A stretch of 64,000 bases of DNA from NCBI RefSeq assembly GCF_025526975.1, contig NW_026515671.1, forward strand, positions 1-64,000, given 5' to 3'. The position numbers were made by a program, and so were the translations under genes. Positions 23,118 to 34,856 of this stretch are shown here, one piece after another. Numbering within the stretch: position 1 is the stretch's first letter; each line of letters opens with the position of its first letter. The notes under the pieces were generated by a model. The model saw only the letters and a program-made list of their open reading frames with translations. It was not told where the DNA came from and ran no database searches. Source of the DNA: Fimicolochytrium jonesii. Taxonomy: Eukaryota.

Positions 23118-24050
23118 ATGTCCCGACGAGACTACCCACCCTCTTACTCGTCCCGCGACGAAGGCTATGGCAACAACGGTTACGGCAACGGCAGCCAAGG
23201 CGGTCGCTACGCTCCACAGGACAACTCCAACTACGGAGAGAAGCCGGGCAGCTATCGGTCCAACGGGGGCGGCGGCGGCTATGAAGCGCCGAACAAATGG
23301 GCAGCAGCAGCATCCCGCCAAGAGTCCCACCAGGGCACCGGTTACAAAAACTACGACGACAGCCCCTACCGCTCCTGGGAGACCGTCAACGACGAACCCG
23401 AAGACTATGACAACGAAGGCTGGCTGACCCGCAAGACCCAGAAAGTGCAGAACGACTCGCTCATGAGCACCCGCCGCACCGTCGCGCGGATAGCAGAGGC
23501 TGACACGCTCGCGCAGAGCAACATGGCGAGGTTGGGGTCGCAGGAGGAGCAGCTGATGAAAGTGAATACGAGGATGGAGAGTGCGGGGCAGTACGCGAAG
23601 GTCGCTGACGCAAAGACGGATCATTTGAAGTCGTTGAATCGGATGTTCTTCATGCCCACGTTTGGGAGCAAGAAGGCGAAGAAGAGGGAGGAGAAGTACG
23701 CTGCTGCTGCCAGCGCGTATGCCTCGTCTCCCGCCGCCGAGGAGGAGGATGCCGCCCCCGAGCCCTCGAGGGGGTACGGCCGTTACGCCGACGAAAGCTA
23801 CGGTCGCTCCAACAACGGGCAACGCTCCTACTCCACCCCGGCTAACATCGAGCGCGACGCAACAGAGGAGGAGATCGACTCCAACATTGACCAGATCTCA
23901 GCTGGATTGGGACGGTTGAAGATGATGAGTCAGGCTATGAACGAATCGTTGGGCAAACAGACGGGGTTGATCAACAAGATTTCTGAGAGGACAGATTATA
24001 CGAGGGATCATTTGCGGAATACTACCAGGAAGATTGAGAATATTAAGTAG
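23118..24050 (+). CDS. SEC9: SNAP-25/Sec9-type Qbc t-SNARE, intronless
   Basis: Two SNARE helices: SLMSTRRTVARIAEADTLAQSNMARLGSQEEQL..LKSLNRMFFMP and EEEIDSNIDQISAGLGRLKMMSQAMNESLGKQ; no TM segment. Confidence 0.9.
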   Translation: MSRRDYPPSYSSRDEGYGNNGYGNGSQGGRYAPQDNSNYGEKPGSYRSNGGGGGYEAPNKWAAAASRQESHQGTGYKNYDDSPYRSWETVNDEPEDYDNEGWLTRKTQKVQNDSLMSTRRTVARIAEADTLAQSNMARLGSQEEQLMKVNTRMESAGQYAKVADAKTDHLKSLNRMFFMPTFGSKKAKKREEKYAAAASAYASSPAAEEEDAAPEPSRGYGRYADESYGRSNNGQRSYSTPANIERDATEEEIDSNIDQISAGLGRLKMMSQAMNESLGKQTGLINKISERTDYTRDHLRNTTRKIENIK

Positions 24051-24449
24051 GGTAGACTACACCCTGTATATAGCGGCCCAGGGATTGGCGTAGGTAGAAG
24101 CTGTGGGCAGGTCTCTTTATCTTTCCTCACTTTCAATCAAGGATTTTGTACATTCCCTACTTTCCGGCTCATGCCTGCTTTCGTAAGGCGATTTCGCGAA
24201 GGGCAGAAGGGAGAATGATGCAACTGAGTTGGGGATGCCTACGTCTGTCATTACGGTGTTTTTGTTGGAACCAGCGTGCCGTCAACACCCTGCCATAGAT
24301 TGGATGTTACCCGAAAAGGCAAAGCTCCGATGCCCACCCAGTCGAATTGACGCCATTGCCGTAAAGAACTGCGACCAGCCCTTGTCATACTGTACGTCTT
24401 GGCCGCGTTTATCAGGGTTTCCAGGTTGTCGTGACATGATGTACTGTAT

Positions 24450-26968
24450 ATGTACGCAGGAGGTTGGCAATCCCCAACCGCCCTCGAGAACTTATTGGTT
24501 CACAGACACAGCTTCAGTCCCGTTCAGCAGCACTCACGACAGAAGGGCATCGACCCACCTTCTAGCCTTTCCACTCAGACCGTCCATCTCCCATGCCGAA
24601 AGCCTCACGCGTCCCATAGAGTTTCCCAGAGAACATACTGTACAACGGCCCTCCGCGACGGTCCGCTGCTTGGTCACAAGATTCACATGCAGGCGGAGAC
24701 TACCCACCCCCACCAGCAATTAGACGTTCGCAGTAAGGGTCGCCAGAGGTATGCTTCTGGCGGGAGCTGGGTGTGGGATGAATTGCGGGTGGGAGAAGGA
24801 GACGACTGTGATGGGCATCTTGCGACGGTGATGGGCATTTCGACGCGGGAACGTGGGAACGCTCTCATACTGAAGGAGCCGGGAAGCCTGTCAAGAGCAA
24901 AGAAAACTGTGGAACGGGGAAGACGCCTAGGGTCATTGGAAGGTTTCGTATGACCGACACTTGTTGACAGCCTTTTCTTTTGTTCCAGTTCCCAAGAGCC
25001 TGTCAAGAAAGTTGGCTGGCGAACCCACGCCGCATATTTGCCCGGATCGTGAGTTTGGCATTTTCCAATATTGATTCATTGGGATCGCACACTGACCGTC
25101 TCCGCACAGAATCAAGCCAGTATCACACCCATCGCCCGGCAGCCTATCCCACGTCGGCATCGGCCTAGGAGCAGGCATCCTCGGCGGCCGATATCGCCTG
25201 CATCCAGATACCACCACCGAAAGCGAAGTCAACGCAGCCAAAGCGCATGAGGAGGAAAGGATGAATATATTACGGAAGGGCACTGAGATGAGCGGGAACG
25301 GCACGCTGGGGCGGAAGGGGACCATGTCCAAGGCCGAGCTGATTGCGGAAAAGACTAAGAATGAGGAGGCGGCTATGATGGCGGATATCGCGAAATTGAA
25401 TAGCATGTCGATACGGTTTACAAAGTTTAAGACTTTGTTGGATATGCCGGTTATTGATTTGGGTGAGGATGGACGATGGGACTTCCTAAGGATTGCGGTC
25501 GATGGGCGGGGTTTGTTCTTAACGCTCTGACACTATCAGAACAATTACGGAAACTGAGCTGGGCAGGCATACCCGACGAGATCCGATCAACAGTATGGAA
25601 GCTCCTAATGGTAGGTGCATTATTCCCATCTCCAAACGGTACCTTGTAGTCCTCTCATCACATCTGAAATCAGGGCTACCTCCCATCAAGCGCCGACCGC
25701 CGCGACGCGACATTACGGCGGAAACGGAAGGAATATGAGGAGTATGTAGCACAGTCGTTCGGCAGGGGCAAGGCTACCCTGGATCAAGGGTTATATCATC
25801 AAGTGAGAATAGGGATAGAAACAGAAGGGTGAATGACACATGTCCGTTCTCGGGCTAATACACTTCTATGCGGTGCAGATCCACATAGACGTTCAACGAA
25901 CGCATGCGACCGTACCACTATACCAAAACGCGCGGATACAAGAGGTACGCGCAGGCAAATATGCAGCTTCACAAACCATGTCTTTGCTTTCGCTAAGCCT
26001 TCCTGCTTGTTAGGCACTGGAACATGTCCTATATTGCTGGGCCATCCGCCACCCAGCCAGTGGCTACGTCCAGGGCATCAACGACCTCGTCACGCCGTTC
26101 TTTCATGTGTACCTTCAATCGCATATAAGTATGTGTGTCTGCGGATTTCGCGGGTTTGATGAGAACTCTGACCACTGACTTCTATGATTTGCAGAGGGAG
26201 ATGTCGAACAAGCAAACCTGGAAAACGTGACACCGGAGCTGTTGACCGAGATAGAAGCGGATAGTTTTTGGTGTTTGACGAAATTGCTTGATGGAATTCA
26301 AGTAGGTGTTTGGGAGTCTGGTGGTCAATCATATTTAGGCGAGACATGCTCACTCCTTTTAATGCAGGATAACTACACCCACGCACAACCAGGCATACAA
26401 CGCCAGATCGTCCGCCTGAAGGAGCTCATCAACCGTATCGATGGTACCTTCGTCTTTCTTTCCCCCCATTCCGCATCCCTACCCCAAATCTCACCCACTC
26501 CCGTTATTCCAGCCCGCCTCTACGCCCACCTCCAATCCCAAGGCGTCGAATTCATCCAATTCGCCTTCCGCTGGATGAACTGCCTCCTCATGCGTGAGCT
26601 CTCGCTCCGCAACATCATCCGCATGTGGGACTCCTACCAGGCCGAAGGGACCGACGGGTTCTCGGATTTCCACCTCTATGTGTGTGCCGCGTTCTTGGTT
26701 AAGTGGACGGAGCAGTTGCGGAGGATGGAGTTTCAGGTAGGGATGAAATGATCACCTTTTTTTGAGGGTTTGAGGAGGGGAGGGGTACTTATCGTGATTT
26801 TTTTGGGGTTGATTGAAGGATTTGATGATGTTCCTCCAATCCCTTCCGACGCAAAACTGGGAAGACAAGGAAATCGAGCTGTTGTTGTCTGAAGCGTACA
26901 TGTGGAAATCGCTGTTCCATAACTCGCCTAGTCATTTGGCGCCGTCTAGCGGGACGGGGGCTTCGTAG
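24450..26968 (+). CDS. GYP1: Rab GTPase-activating protein, TBC domain (Gyp1/TBC1D22), multi-exon; start uncertain
   Basis: LRKLSWAGIP, IHIDVQRT, WAIRHPASGYVQGINDLVTPFF, EADSFWCLTKLLDGIQ/DNYT, QFAFRWMNCLLMRE, FHLYVCAAFL, ELLLSEAYMW. Confidence 0.92.
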
Positions 26969-27360
26969 CCCTCATGCGTGGGTAAACGGTAGTACTTGAT
27001 CTATGAGTGTTTGGACAACCTCCCGTCCCTCACATGCTCAAGTTATCTATTTTGATCGGCGGGCCAGCGCTTTGCGAGGCCCCGCTTTGGGAGGCCGCGC
27101 TTGGCTCTGTACTTTGACGGCGAGGGGATTGTGTGGACGTGCTTGTGTTGTGAGTTTCCACTGCTACGTACTCCTGTTTTTTCCTTTACATCATTGAATC
27201 ACATGCCCGCCTGGAACTGTTTAGAGTGTTTTGTGGATATGTTGTGGCTTGAGCTTTGCATCGACTCCATCACCGTCACCTACATATACATACGCCTTTC
27301 TGCATACTCGCTGGGGCTCATCGGAATCTATGGATGCTTGTATGGGAATTTTATTGCCAC

Positions 27361-28446
27361 TCACTTTCCCCCGAAAATCAATATAAAATAATGCAGTAGC
27401 ATCCCTGCCACCAGCACACCTGCCGCGATGCCCCCCATCATCGACCATCCGACACTATTCAATGATGCCGCGGCCCTACTAACACCGCTCCTCCCTGGAT
27501 TATCGACATACCGCTGGATATGACCGAGAAGCTGCTTCTTCTCCTTCAGGACGTCCACTTTCTGATCTATCTTCTTCTGCATGGCAAGCACCTTTGCAGC
27601 CGCATCATGGCTGGACTGCGTGACTCTGTCCAAGCGCGCCATGAGGTCCTCGTTTCGCGCCTGCAATTCTGCGAGCAACCTGAACAACGTCGTGTTGGTC
27701 TCCCCAATCTGGAGCCAGTTCTGCTCGGCGGTCTGGAGAAGCGCGGTCTTGGATTGCAGCGTCTCCTGCAGACGCACAAGTTCCGTCTCGTAATTGACGC
27801 ACATCGACCCGTAGCGTTCCACTTTCTTTGCGATGTTTTCGAACTGGCCTACGAGCGGATTCGAGTCTGCGCTTCGCACGGAGACTTCTTCCCCTTCGCC
27901 GTCAAGACCTGCTGTTGAACCCTGAAGTTGAGCCGTCCGCGCCTGCTCCACTATCTCCTCAATCGTGGAAATGATCCGAGCCTTGTCTCGAACAGTCTGC
28001 GCACGGAAAACAAAGACGCCCTCCCGGGTGTTGAGTTGAAAAGCGAGTTCGGGATTCTCAATTTGTGATCGCAATAAAGCGCCCAAATCGAACGCTAGAA
28101 CCTGCTCCGTCGCATCCAATACTCGTTCCACCGTCGCTGCAAACGCCGTGTCGTCTATAACGCCAAGTTTGATCGCCTCTTTGGATATTGATAGAATTCC
28201 CCGTTTATAGAAGAAGAACTGTGGAGTCAGCTGCTCAACACTAAAGCGGAGCCACTCGTTTGAAGGTGAAGCGGTATCGGAGTCGGAGTCTGCTGGTGCC
28301 GTAGTGGTTATTGAGTTGTACGTGTTGGTTGGTGATGTGTCGGTTTGGGCCGTTGCACCCGGTCGAAGTGGTGAGCTATTGGAATGCGGCCGGGAGCTAG
28401 TCTGCGTTGAACGAGGGCTGGGCCCTGCTAAGGAGGAGGCCGCCAT
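27361..28446 (-). CDS. Uncharacterised 361-aa protein: PH-like region, coiled coil, C-terminal TM (tail-anchored)
   Basis: Long intronless ORF; FQLNTREGVFVFRAQTVRDKARIISTIEEIV resembles the end of a PH domain; heptad region; hydrophobic C-terminus GGIAAGVLVAGMLLHYFILIF. Confidence 0.7.
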   Translation of the reverse strand: MAASSLAGPSPRSTQTSSRPHSNSSPLRPGATAQTDTSPTNTYNSITTTAPADSDSDTASPSNEWLRFSVEQLTPQFFFYKRGILSISKEAIKLGVIDDTAFAATVERVLDATEQVLAFDLGALLRSQIENPELAFQLNTREGVFVFRAQTVRDKARIISTIEEIVEQARTAQLQGSTAGLDGEGEEVSVRSADSNPLVGQFENIAKKVERYGSMCVNYETELVRLQETLQSKTALLQTAEQNWLQIGETNTTLFRLLAELQARNEDLMARLDRVTQSSHDAAAKVLAMQKKIDQKVDVLKEKKQLLGHIQRYVDNPGRSGVSRAAASLNSVGWSMMGGIAAGVLVAGMLLHYFILIFGGK

Positions 28447-28661
28447 GCTGGGGTAAAAGAAAAGGGTGTCTCAGCGATGCTTGCAGGTGCGATGGACACG
28501 GGCGATGGGGAATCGAACGAGGCTTCGAGCAATCGCAAACGGCAGCGCATACAGTACAGTACGTTCCTCGTCCAGAGCATAATAACGCGTCTTCAGGCCG
28601 GTTTCCCATCTCCGCTCGCACTTTTTTTCTGGTTTCGTCCCGGCGAGTCTTCGGGCTTACA

Positions 28662-29690
28662 ATGCCCTCCAACAACAGCAACGACACTCCGTCCTCGGTT
28701 ACGGACCCAGCAGCCAGCAGTGACACTACGACAGCAAGCCAAGCAACTCCTACGGACCCACGCTCGAACCCACAAGGTATGCTGCACTCGCCTCCCGCAT
28801 TCGGTCTCAAATATTTGAACCCTGCTCACCCCAACTCACCCCCTTAGACGCCTCCAATCCCAAGCCAACCGACCCCTTCACAGCCTTCCGCATAACCGAC
28901 CCATCCCCAATCTCGCACCTCTACACCCAACCCCGCCTCAAATGCCCACAATGCAACAAAGGCTACAAAATATACTGCCCGCGGTGCGGAATCCCGCTCG
29001 GCCATGAACCACCGAAAGTCGAGCTGCCGATTAAGGTGATATGCTATAGGGATCCGAGAGAGGTAGAGGCGAAGAGCACGTCGGCGCATGCGCAGATATT
29101 GGCGAAGGGGAATGTTACCGTCGTGGTATGTTGAGCGAAACATCAACATGGGGGATGATTTATGTAGCCATGTATGAGATTTCTCACTCCATCGGAATCT
29201 ACATGCGCAGGTAGAAAACGTGATACAGTCGCCCGAAACCTCGTCAATCAGCAGCCTCCCGCACCCCGAAAAGGTGCTTCTCCTCTTCCCCTCACCCACA
29301 GCCCTCCCCCTCTCCGAAATCCCCAACCTGGCCGCCTTCGACCGTCTCATCGTCCTCGACGGCACCTGGAAGCAGGGCCGCGCAATGGCAGGCGCCATCA
29401 AAGGCGTGCAATTCCAGCATGTGGCGATACAAGAGCGCAGCACGCTGTTTTGGCGGTATCAGCCGTTCGGGGAGACGCATTTGTCAACGATTGAGGCGCT
29501 TTATTGGTTTTTTAGGGACTATTTTGATGCGATGAAGGACAAAGGGGAGGAGGAGTATGATGGGAGGTTCGATGACCTTTTGTATTATTTTAGGTTGCAG
29601 TGGGGGTTGATTCAGGATGTGTATAGGGCGGATACGGGGAAGAGGTTTACGCAGAGGAAGTTGGATGCGAAGGATTATATTCGGTATTAG
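28662..29690 (+). CDS. DTWD1: DTW-domain tRNA-uridine aminocarboxypropyltransferase (DTWD1-like), 3 exons
   Basis: RLKCPQC..YCPRC, KSTSAHAQILA, LLLFPS, IVLDGTWKQG, TLFWRYQ, LSTIEALY, FDDLLYYF. Confidence 0.85.
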
Positions 29691-29913
29691 GGGTAGGGTG
29701 TAGGGCATAGGCTACGCTAGGAAGGCTATTTGAGACCATGGGGATCGATAGGCGTGGCTCAATTGCTACCTGATGTCAGGGACTATGTACTTCGCGGGTG
29801 CGGGATGTATCTACCCGCCGCGTCTATACACTATGCATTGCGATGCATCGAGCCCCACATGAATCGCGTAATGCTACGCCGCCTTCGCCACTGCGCATCT
29901 CATAGGGCCATCC

Positions 29914-31344
29914 TCAGTCCATGTCCAAGTTCTGAATAGAGGACTGTATAGATGGCCTCGCCGCCCTCGGTGCCGCCCCTCCACCCGGCGCACCCCCGAA
30001 GAATGATTTCATAATATCCTGAAAGGGCCAAAAATCAGCACACATTCCAGGAACTCAACAGCAAAACTCCAAAAACCTACCTCAAAAGGATTAGCAGCCC
30101 TCTTCGGCCCCAACCCAAACAGCACATCGGCAATCTTCTCCACCATCTCCACCACAAACCCATCAAACGAGTAAACACTCCTATACTCATTCCTCAACAC
30201 CGTAAACTGCGCCGGCGCGTCCATCTGCGCGCACAATACCAACAATTGCGCGAAATTCACTAGGGAGGATTTATATACTACCACTTCCGGCGTTGGAGTC
30301 TTTCCCACCGTAAATTCCGCTACTTTGTCGAATGGAACGGTTTGGGCTTTTGCGTCAGCAGGGAGATCTTTGGCGAAGGCCTCGAACGCGGTCGCAGCGT
30401 GGTGGATCTTGCGTAGGGCGAGGTACTGCACCACCGCGCGGAGGATGAAGTAGCCGGCGTCTGGGAAATAGTCCTCTGTGGACCAGTCGTGGGCCATGTG
30501 GCCGTAGGCGGCGGCGCTGGAGGAGGGGCCGTAGAGGAAGTGGAACTCGGCGTCATAGTATTGTTTTTCTGTTATGGGAGGTTAGATTCAGTTTGTGTGG
30601 TTCGTAGGTTTTTGTGAGGGTGTTTCAGAGACTCACCTTTGTAGTACCGTGACCCGATGGCGTGATGCATGAGTGGGTCTCCAGTCGGGTACTCGCCGAA
30701 TTTGGCGGACCACCTATCACAGGAAACGGAAATAATCAGTCTCCCCTCTCCCCGTCCCCACTGCTCATAAAAGTTCACACCACTTACTTCAAGCTATTAC
30801 GGACATACTGATCACACTGCTCCGTCCTCAACGGGAAATCGTAAAAGATATCCAACGCCCTCGCTTCAAATGAAATTAATCCATCAGCCTCAATCACCCC
30901 ACCCCCCCATGAATCGCAATCCAGCCCAACATACATCTCGTCGCATCATCCACCCCCAACTTCTCCCCATCATACACATCCAGCATGCGCGAAGCGAGGT
31001 CGGCCGCGGAGCCGAGCTGGTCGTGCTCCAGCATGTTCTTGGCGCCTTGGTGGAGGAGTTGGAGGGCGCTGGCGATTTTCCGTTGTTTTAGGTACCTGGT
31101 GGGAATCAGGACCGTTAAAGTGATTGTATAGTGATGGCTTAATGGCTGGGGAGGGGGGATATGCACCTCTGGCAAACAGAATGGTACATTTGATGCGCTT
31201 CGTAGTAGTTGCCATCTGTTGTTGGCAATGCGAGGATCAGTTGGGGAGGGCTGTTTTGGACAGGAGATGGGGTGCTGTTGTACCTTTGACGGAAGTGGCG
31301 AGCTTCTCGAGCACCCTAGCGACGCCAGCTCCTCCTGCTGACAT
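29914..31344 (-). CDS. GET4: GET pathway protein Get4 (TRC35), multi-exon
   Basis: GNYYEAHQMYHSVCQR/Y, GSAADLA, WSAKFGEYPTGDPLMHHAIG, AEFHFLYG, FILRAVVQYL. Confidence 0.92.
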
Positions 31345-31610
31345 TGTATCTGTGTTGAGTAAGTGTGGTGTGGGTGACTGCCGCTGCGAGAACTTTAGTA
31401 CAGTAAGTTTGGGAGGAAAGTCTGGAAATTGCTGGGAGCGCCCCTGGGGAGCGCTGCGAATAATCACTTGGATTTTGGACCGCGAAGGTGTGGGCGACGG
31501 GGGAACGTGTCATAGCCACTGAAGAACACGCTGGAAGGCCATAATTCGGCGCGGAAGGCCTACAAGGCGTGGCCACCCGGCCATCCACATCACAATTAGG
31601 CCCTTGGGCG

Positions 31611-31649
31611 TTGTGCTCTGGACGAGGAACGTAGTCCTCTAGAGTCTAT
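31611..31649. repeat. 39-bp dispersed element, copy 2
   Basis: Identical to 22406-22444, same orientation. Confidence 0.9.
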
Positions 31650-31993
31650 CCCGTCATCCGCAGGAGGTGAGGTGACGTTGAACTTTCGCTTTCTCTTCAT
31701 CCCTACACGCGAGTGCTCAACACATCCGCAGCGTACATATGTGCATATGATATTATTTCAATTCGGTTCTCCATGGTGCACTCTATAAAGCAAAATAGCT
31801 CGTAGAAACACCTTTTAGTGCACAGGTTCGTGTGCGATGAAAATAGAACTTTTGATAAATATAAATAGGGTGCGTTGCTTTCGAGTGTGCTACGTGCTAT
31901 GTATCGCGGCCTACCTTAGCCTCCTGTATGTGGTGCCAAACCAATGTGAACGCGCGGGTATCCCCCGCCGCCCACACCTCCCTCGCAACCCCG

Positions 31994-33339
31994 TCACTCA
32001 ACCCTAACTTTCTTGACAAACGCCGGCGCCTCCCCCTCCTCCTCCTCCCCCTCATTATCCTTCTCATCAGCCCCCCTCTTCAACCCCTTCATCTTCCTCG
32101 TCTGCAGCTTGTCCAGATCCTGCTTGTGCATGTGGATCCGCCCGACCTTATCGCCGAGCGCGTTGCGTTCGATGTTTTTCGTTTTCGATTGCTAAAAAAA
32201 TAATCAATCATACGTTAATTGGGAGTGACGAGGTACATGACCCGAAGAACAGGTGTGATAATTACCATCAGTTCCTTCGGAATCTTGGTAGCGGCCTTCC
32301 AAGTCTCCCCGTCCGCACCGCGATGTCTCCTAACCACCAAATCCGCCGCCGGACCCATCTCGGTCAACTCCACCCTGGGTAATTTGGTCCCGCTCTTCTT
32401 CAGCTGGATCGTGTACGTGCGCAATTTCACCGTTTTCGAGTCGACGGCGGTGAGCGAGAGCACGTGCTCGATCCCCGCGAGGTCAATGCCTTCCAGTGTT
32501 GCTGTGCCGCGGTACATATCCAACAGGATCGATTTCAAAGTCCGGAGCTCGTCAGACCCATCCCACGCATCCCCCGCAAAAAGAATCAACGGCCGATGCC
32601 CAAGAGCACTTTTAGGTCCATCGACAAACTCCATCGGCAGGCCCCTCTCCACGCCAACTTCGATCATATCGAGCAGTTGGTGGTCAAATGTGCGTGCGAA
32701 TGTAAGGTTGTGGGGCCGTTTTTTGGAATGGGTGGCAAGGACGAGGAGGGATGCGTCGGTTTTGGTGGAGAAGAATTCGAGGGGGCGGGGGTCTTCGAAG
32801 GGGCGGAGTTCGTTGCGCTTGGAGAAGAGGGTTGCGTCGGGGCGTTTTAGGGAGTACTGTTCGGGGAGGGAGGGGGGTGGGTTAGTTGAATTGCGTATGA
32901 GGTGTGAAGAAGACGGTGGGCTTTGCGCCTGCGAAGGAGTTCGTCCTCACTCGTCGGTCGCAGACCCTCCCTTGGCTCGAACGACTCTCGCTCGCAGTCA
33001 CCGTGATCATTATCGATTATCGGCACACTCCGCTCCGACGGCCCAATGCCCCCTTCATTCCCCTTCTCTCCCCGTCCCCATTCAACCACCGCATTACTGA
33101 CCAAGTCCCTAAAGATAGCGGTAACCAGCTGAGACGTGTTTGTACCCTTCATGAAGAGGGCGGGTTTAGCGCCCTCTATGACCTGGGGCTCCCTCTTTTT
33201 GAGGGCCCGCTTTCCGGCGGCTGTTTTTGGTTTTCTGTAAAGAATGAGGGAAACATCGGTGAGCTCTTTGGGTGACAAGCAAAGAGAGCGGCAATAGGAG
33301 AGGCGAGGCGGGAGGCGGCACTTACGCTGTGCGCAACAT
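31994..33339 (-). CDS. RPF2: Ribosome production factor 2 (Brix domain), 4 exons
   Basis: KPKTAAGKRALKKREPQVIE, KRNELRPFED, HSKKRPHNLTFARTFD, KKSGTKLPRVELTEMGP, GRIHMHKQDLDKLQTRKMKGLKR. Confidence 0.95.
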
Positions 33340-33490
33340 GATTGTGGGGGGGTGTTTATCAAGGAGGGAGAGGGGTACTAGTGTCTCTCGTCGCTGGTTG
33401 GGTGTTTTGCTTATGGGTTGAGACCAGTTTTTGCCCGACGGTTTTTTCGAGAGAGAGTCGAGACCAATGCAGAAAGAAGTCTGGAACGCG

Positions 33491-33612
33491 TTAGGGTTAA
33501 GCGGGCACCTGGCCAGCCAATCACGCACCTCCGAGCAGAAAACTGGCCAATCACGCGCCTCCATGCAGAGAACAGTGTGGCCAGGACATCTGGCCCGCCA
33601 ATCACACGGCCT
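33491..33612. promoter_or_regulatory. Bidirectional promoter with three GCCAATCAC boxes and a TTAGGGTTAA motif
   Basis: GCCAATCAC at 33516, 33546 and 33597, between the divergent RPF2 and TMEM242-like genes. Confidence 0.6.
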
Positions 33613-33743
33613 GATACATAGCGTGCTGAGGTGTCGCGACCATCACTGGGCATGTCCGGGACCACCGTCGTCCAAGCTGCTCTCCCCCGACTCGGGTGAA
33701 TTCAACGCAGTTCGCTTCAGCCGTCTCTGAATCGTCCACGACA

Positions 33744-34856
33744 ATGACCACCGAAAGCACGCCACCTACAAAGTCATCCAGCTGGTGGGGCTGGTGGCCT
33801 TCCTCGTCCTCAAACAAACCCGTTCCGCAGGACACCACTACCCCTTCCATTCTTGCGCCAACGATCTCCACCAAGCAAGTTGCATCCGCTACACCCTCAA
33901 CAACACCAGCGACTACTCACGACGCACCACAATCCGGCACGATAGCAGCTCAGCCTACTACAGCAGATAAGAGCAGCAGTCAGAAGTCCTGGAATCGGTC
34001 ATGGTGGCCTTTTAGGAGCTCAAAGCCGAAGGAAGTCGTTTCCAACGAGTTCCATGCCACCACGCCAGTAGCCAATGCTGTTCCTGCAAAGCCTGCGGAA
34101 GCTGCGGGCAAACCTGTTTTCACAGAGTCTCTTCGTGCGGAGAAGCCGGCAATACCATCAACAATGACGACAGTGGCAACTGCAACCCCCTCAACGACCA
34201 GTCCGGCAGTCCAGCCAAAACCGACGAGGACCCCAACCTTATCTTCCGACGGAACCTTCCCCCAACAAACCTCAGATTACACCAAATACAACAAATACAT
34301 CATCGGCACAGCAGCGATCGGATCCTTCTCGACGCTCCTATACACAGTCCACCAGCGCACGAAGGGTCGGATGCGTGTGCCACTCCAGGAGTTTCTGGAC
34401 AATCCAGCTGCGAGAGCCGCGAATCCCAAATTGGCGGCGTATGTGTTTGCAGGGAGGGCGTTTGGAACTGCGACTGTTTTGGTCGTGACGGGGACGGTGG
34501 GACTGACCATGGCTGTGGCCAGTATTATGGGCGTCAACAACGTGAGTCAACTGATACAATTCTGCAAAAACCACGTTCATCAACCCATTAACGCCCAACC
34601 TTGGCCAATTAAGATGCGAGAATTCTCCTTCCGCATGCGCGACATCATGGCCTCCACCTTCCCGCAGCTCAAACGCAGCGACGAAAACGCCGACATCAAG
34701 TTCGACGCCGATACCTACGAGTTTCTGAAGGAGGTGTCTGCGGACGCTGAGAGGGAGGAGAGGGAGGGTGCGTGGAGGGAAAGTTCTAGTCATGCGATTA
34801 TTGGGGGAAGGGTGAGGAATGAATTGGGGGGGTTGTCGAGGCATGGGCAGAATTGA
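33744..34856 (+). CDS. TMEM242 (DUF1358)-like membrane protein with a long S/T/P-rich N-terminus; one probable intron ~34542-34613
   Basis: Two TM segments; AGRAFGTATVLVVTGTVGLTMAVASIMGVNN/MREFSFRMR resembles the TMEM242 C-terminal motif. Confidence 0.55.
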   Translation: MTTESTPPTKSSSWWGWWPSSSSNKPVPQDTTTPSILAPTISTKQVASATPSTTPATTHDAPQSGTIAAQPTTADKSSSQKSWNRSWWPFRSSKPKEVVSNEFHATTPVANAVPAKPAEAAGKPVFTESLRAEKPAIPSTMTTVATATPSTTSPAVQPKPTRTPTLSSDGTFPQQTSDYTKYNKYIIGTAAIGSFSTLLYTVHQRTKGRMRVPLQEFLDNPAARAANPKLAAYVFAGRAFGTATVLVVTGTVGLTMAVASIMGVNNVSQLIQFCKNHVHQPINAQPWPIKMREFSFRMRDIMASTFPQLKRSDENADIKFDADTYEFLKEVSADAEREEREGAWRESSSHAIIGGRVRNELGGLSRHGQN

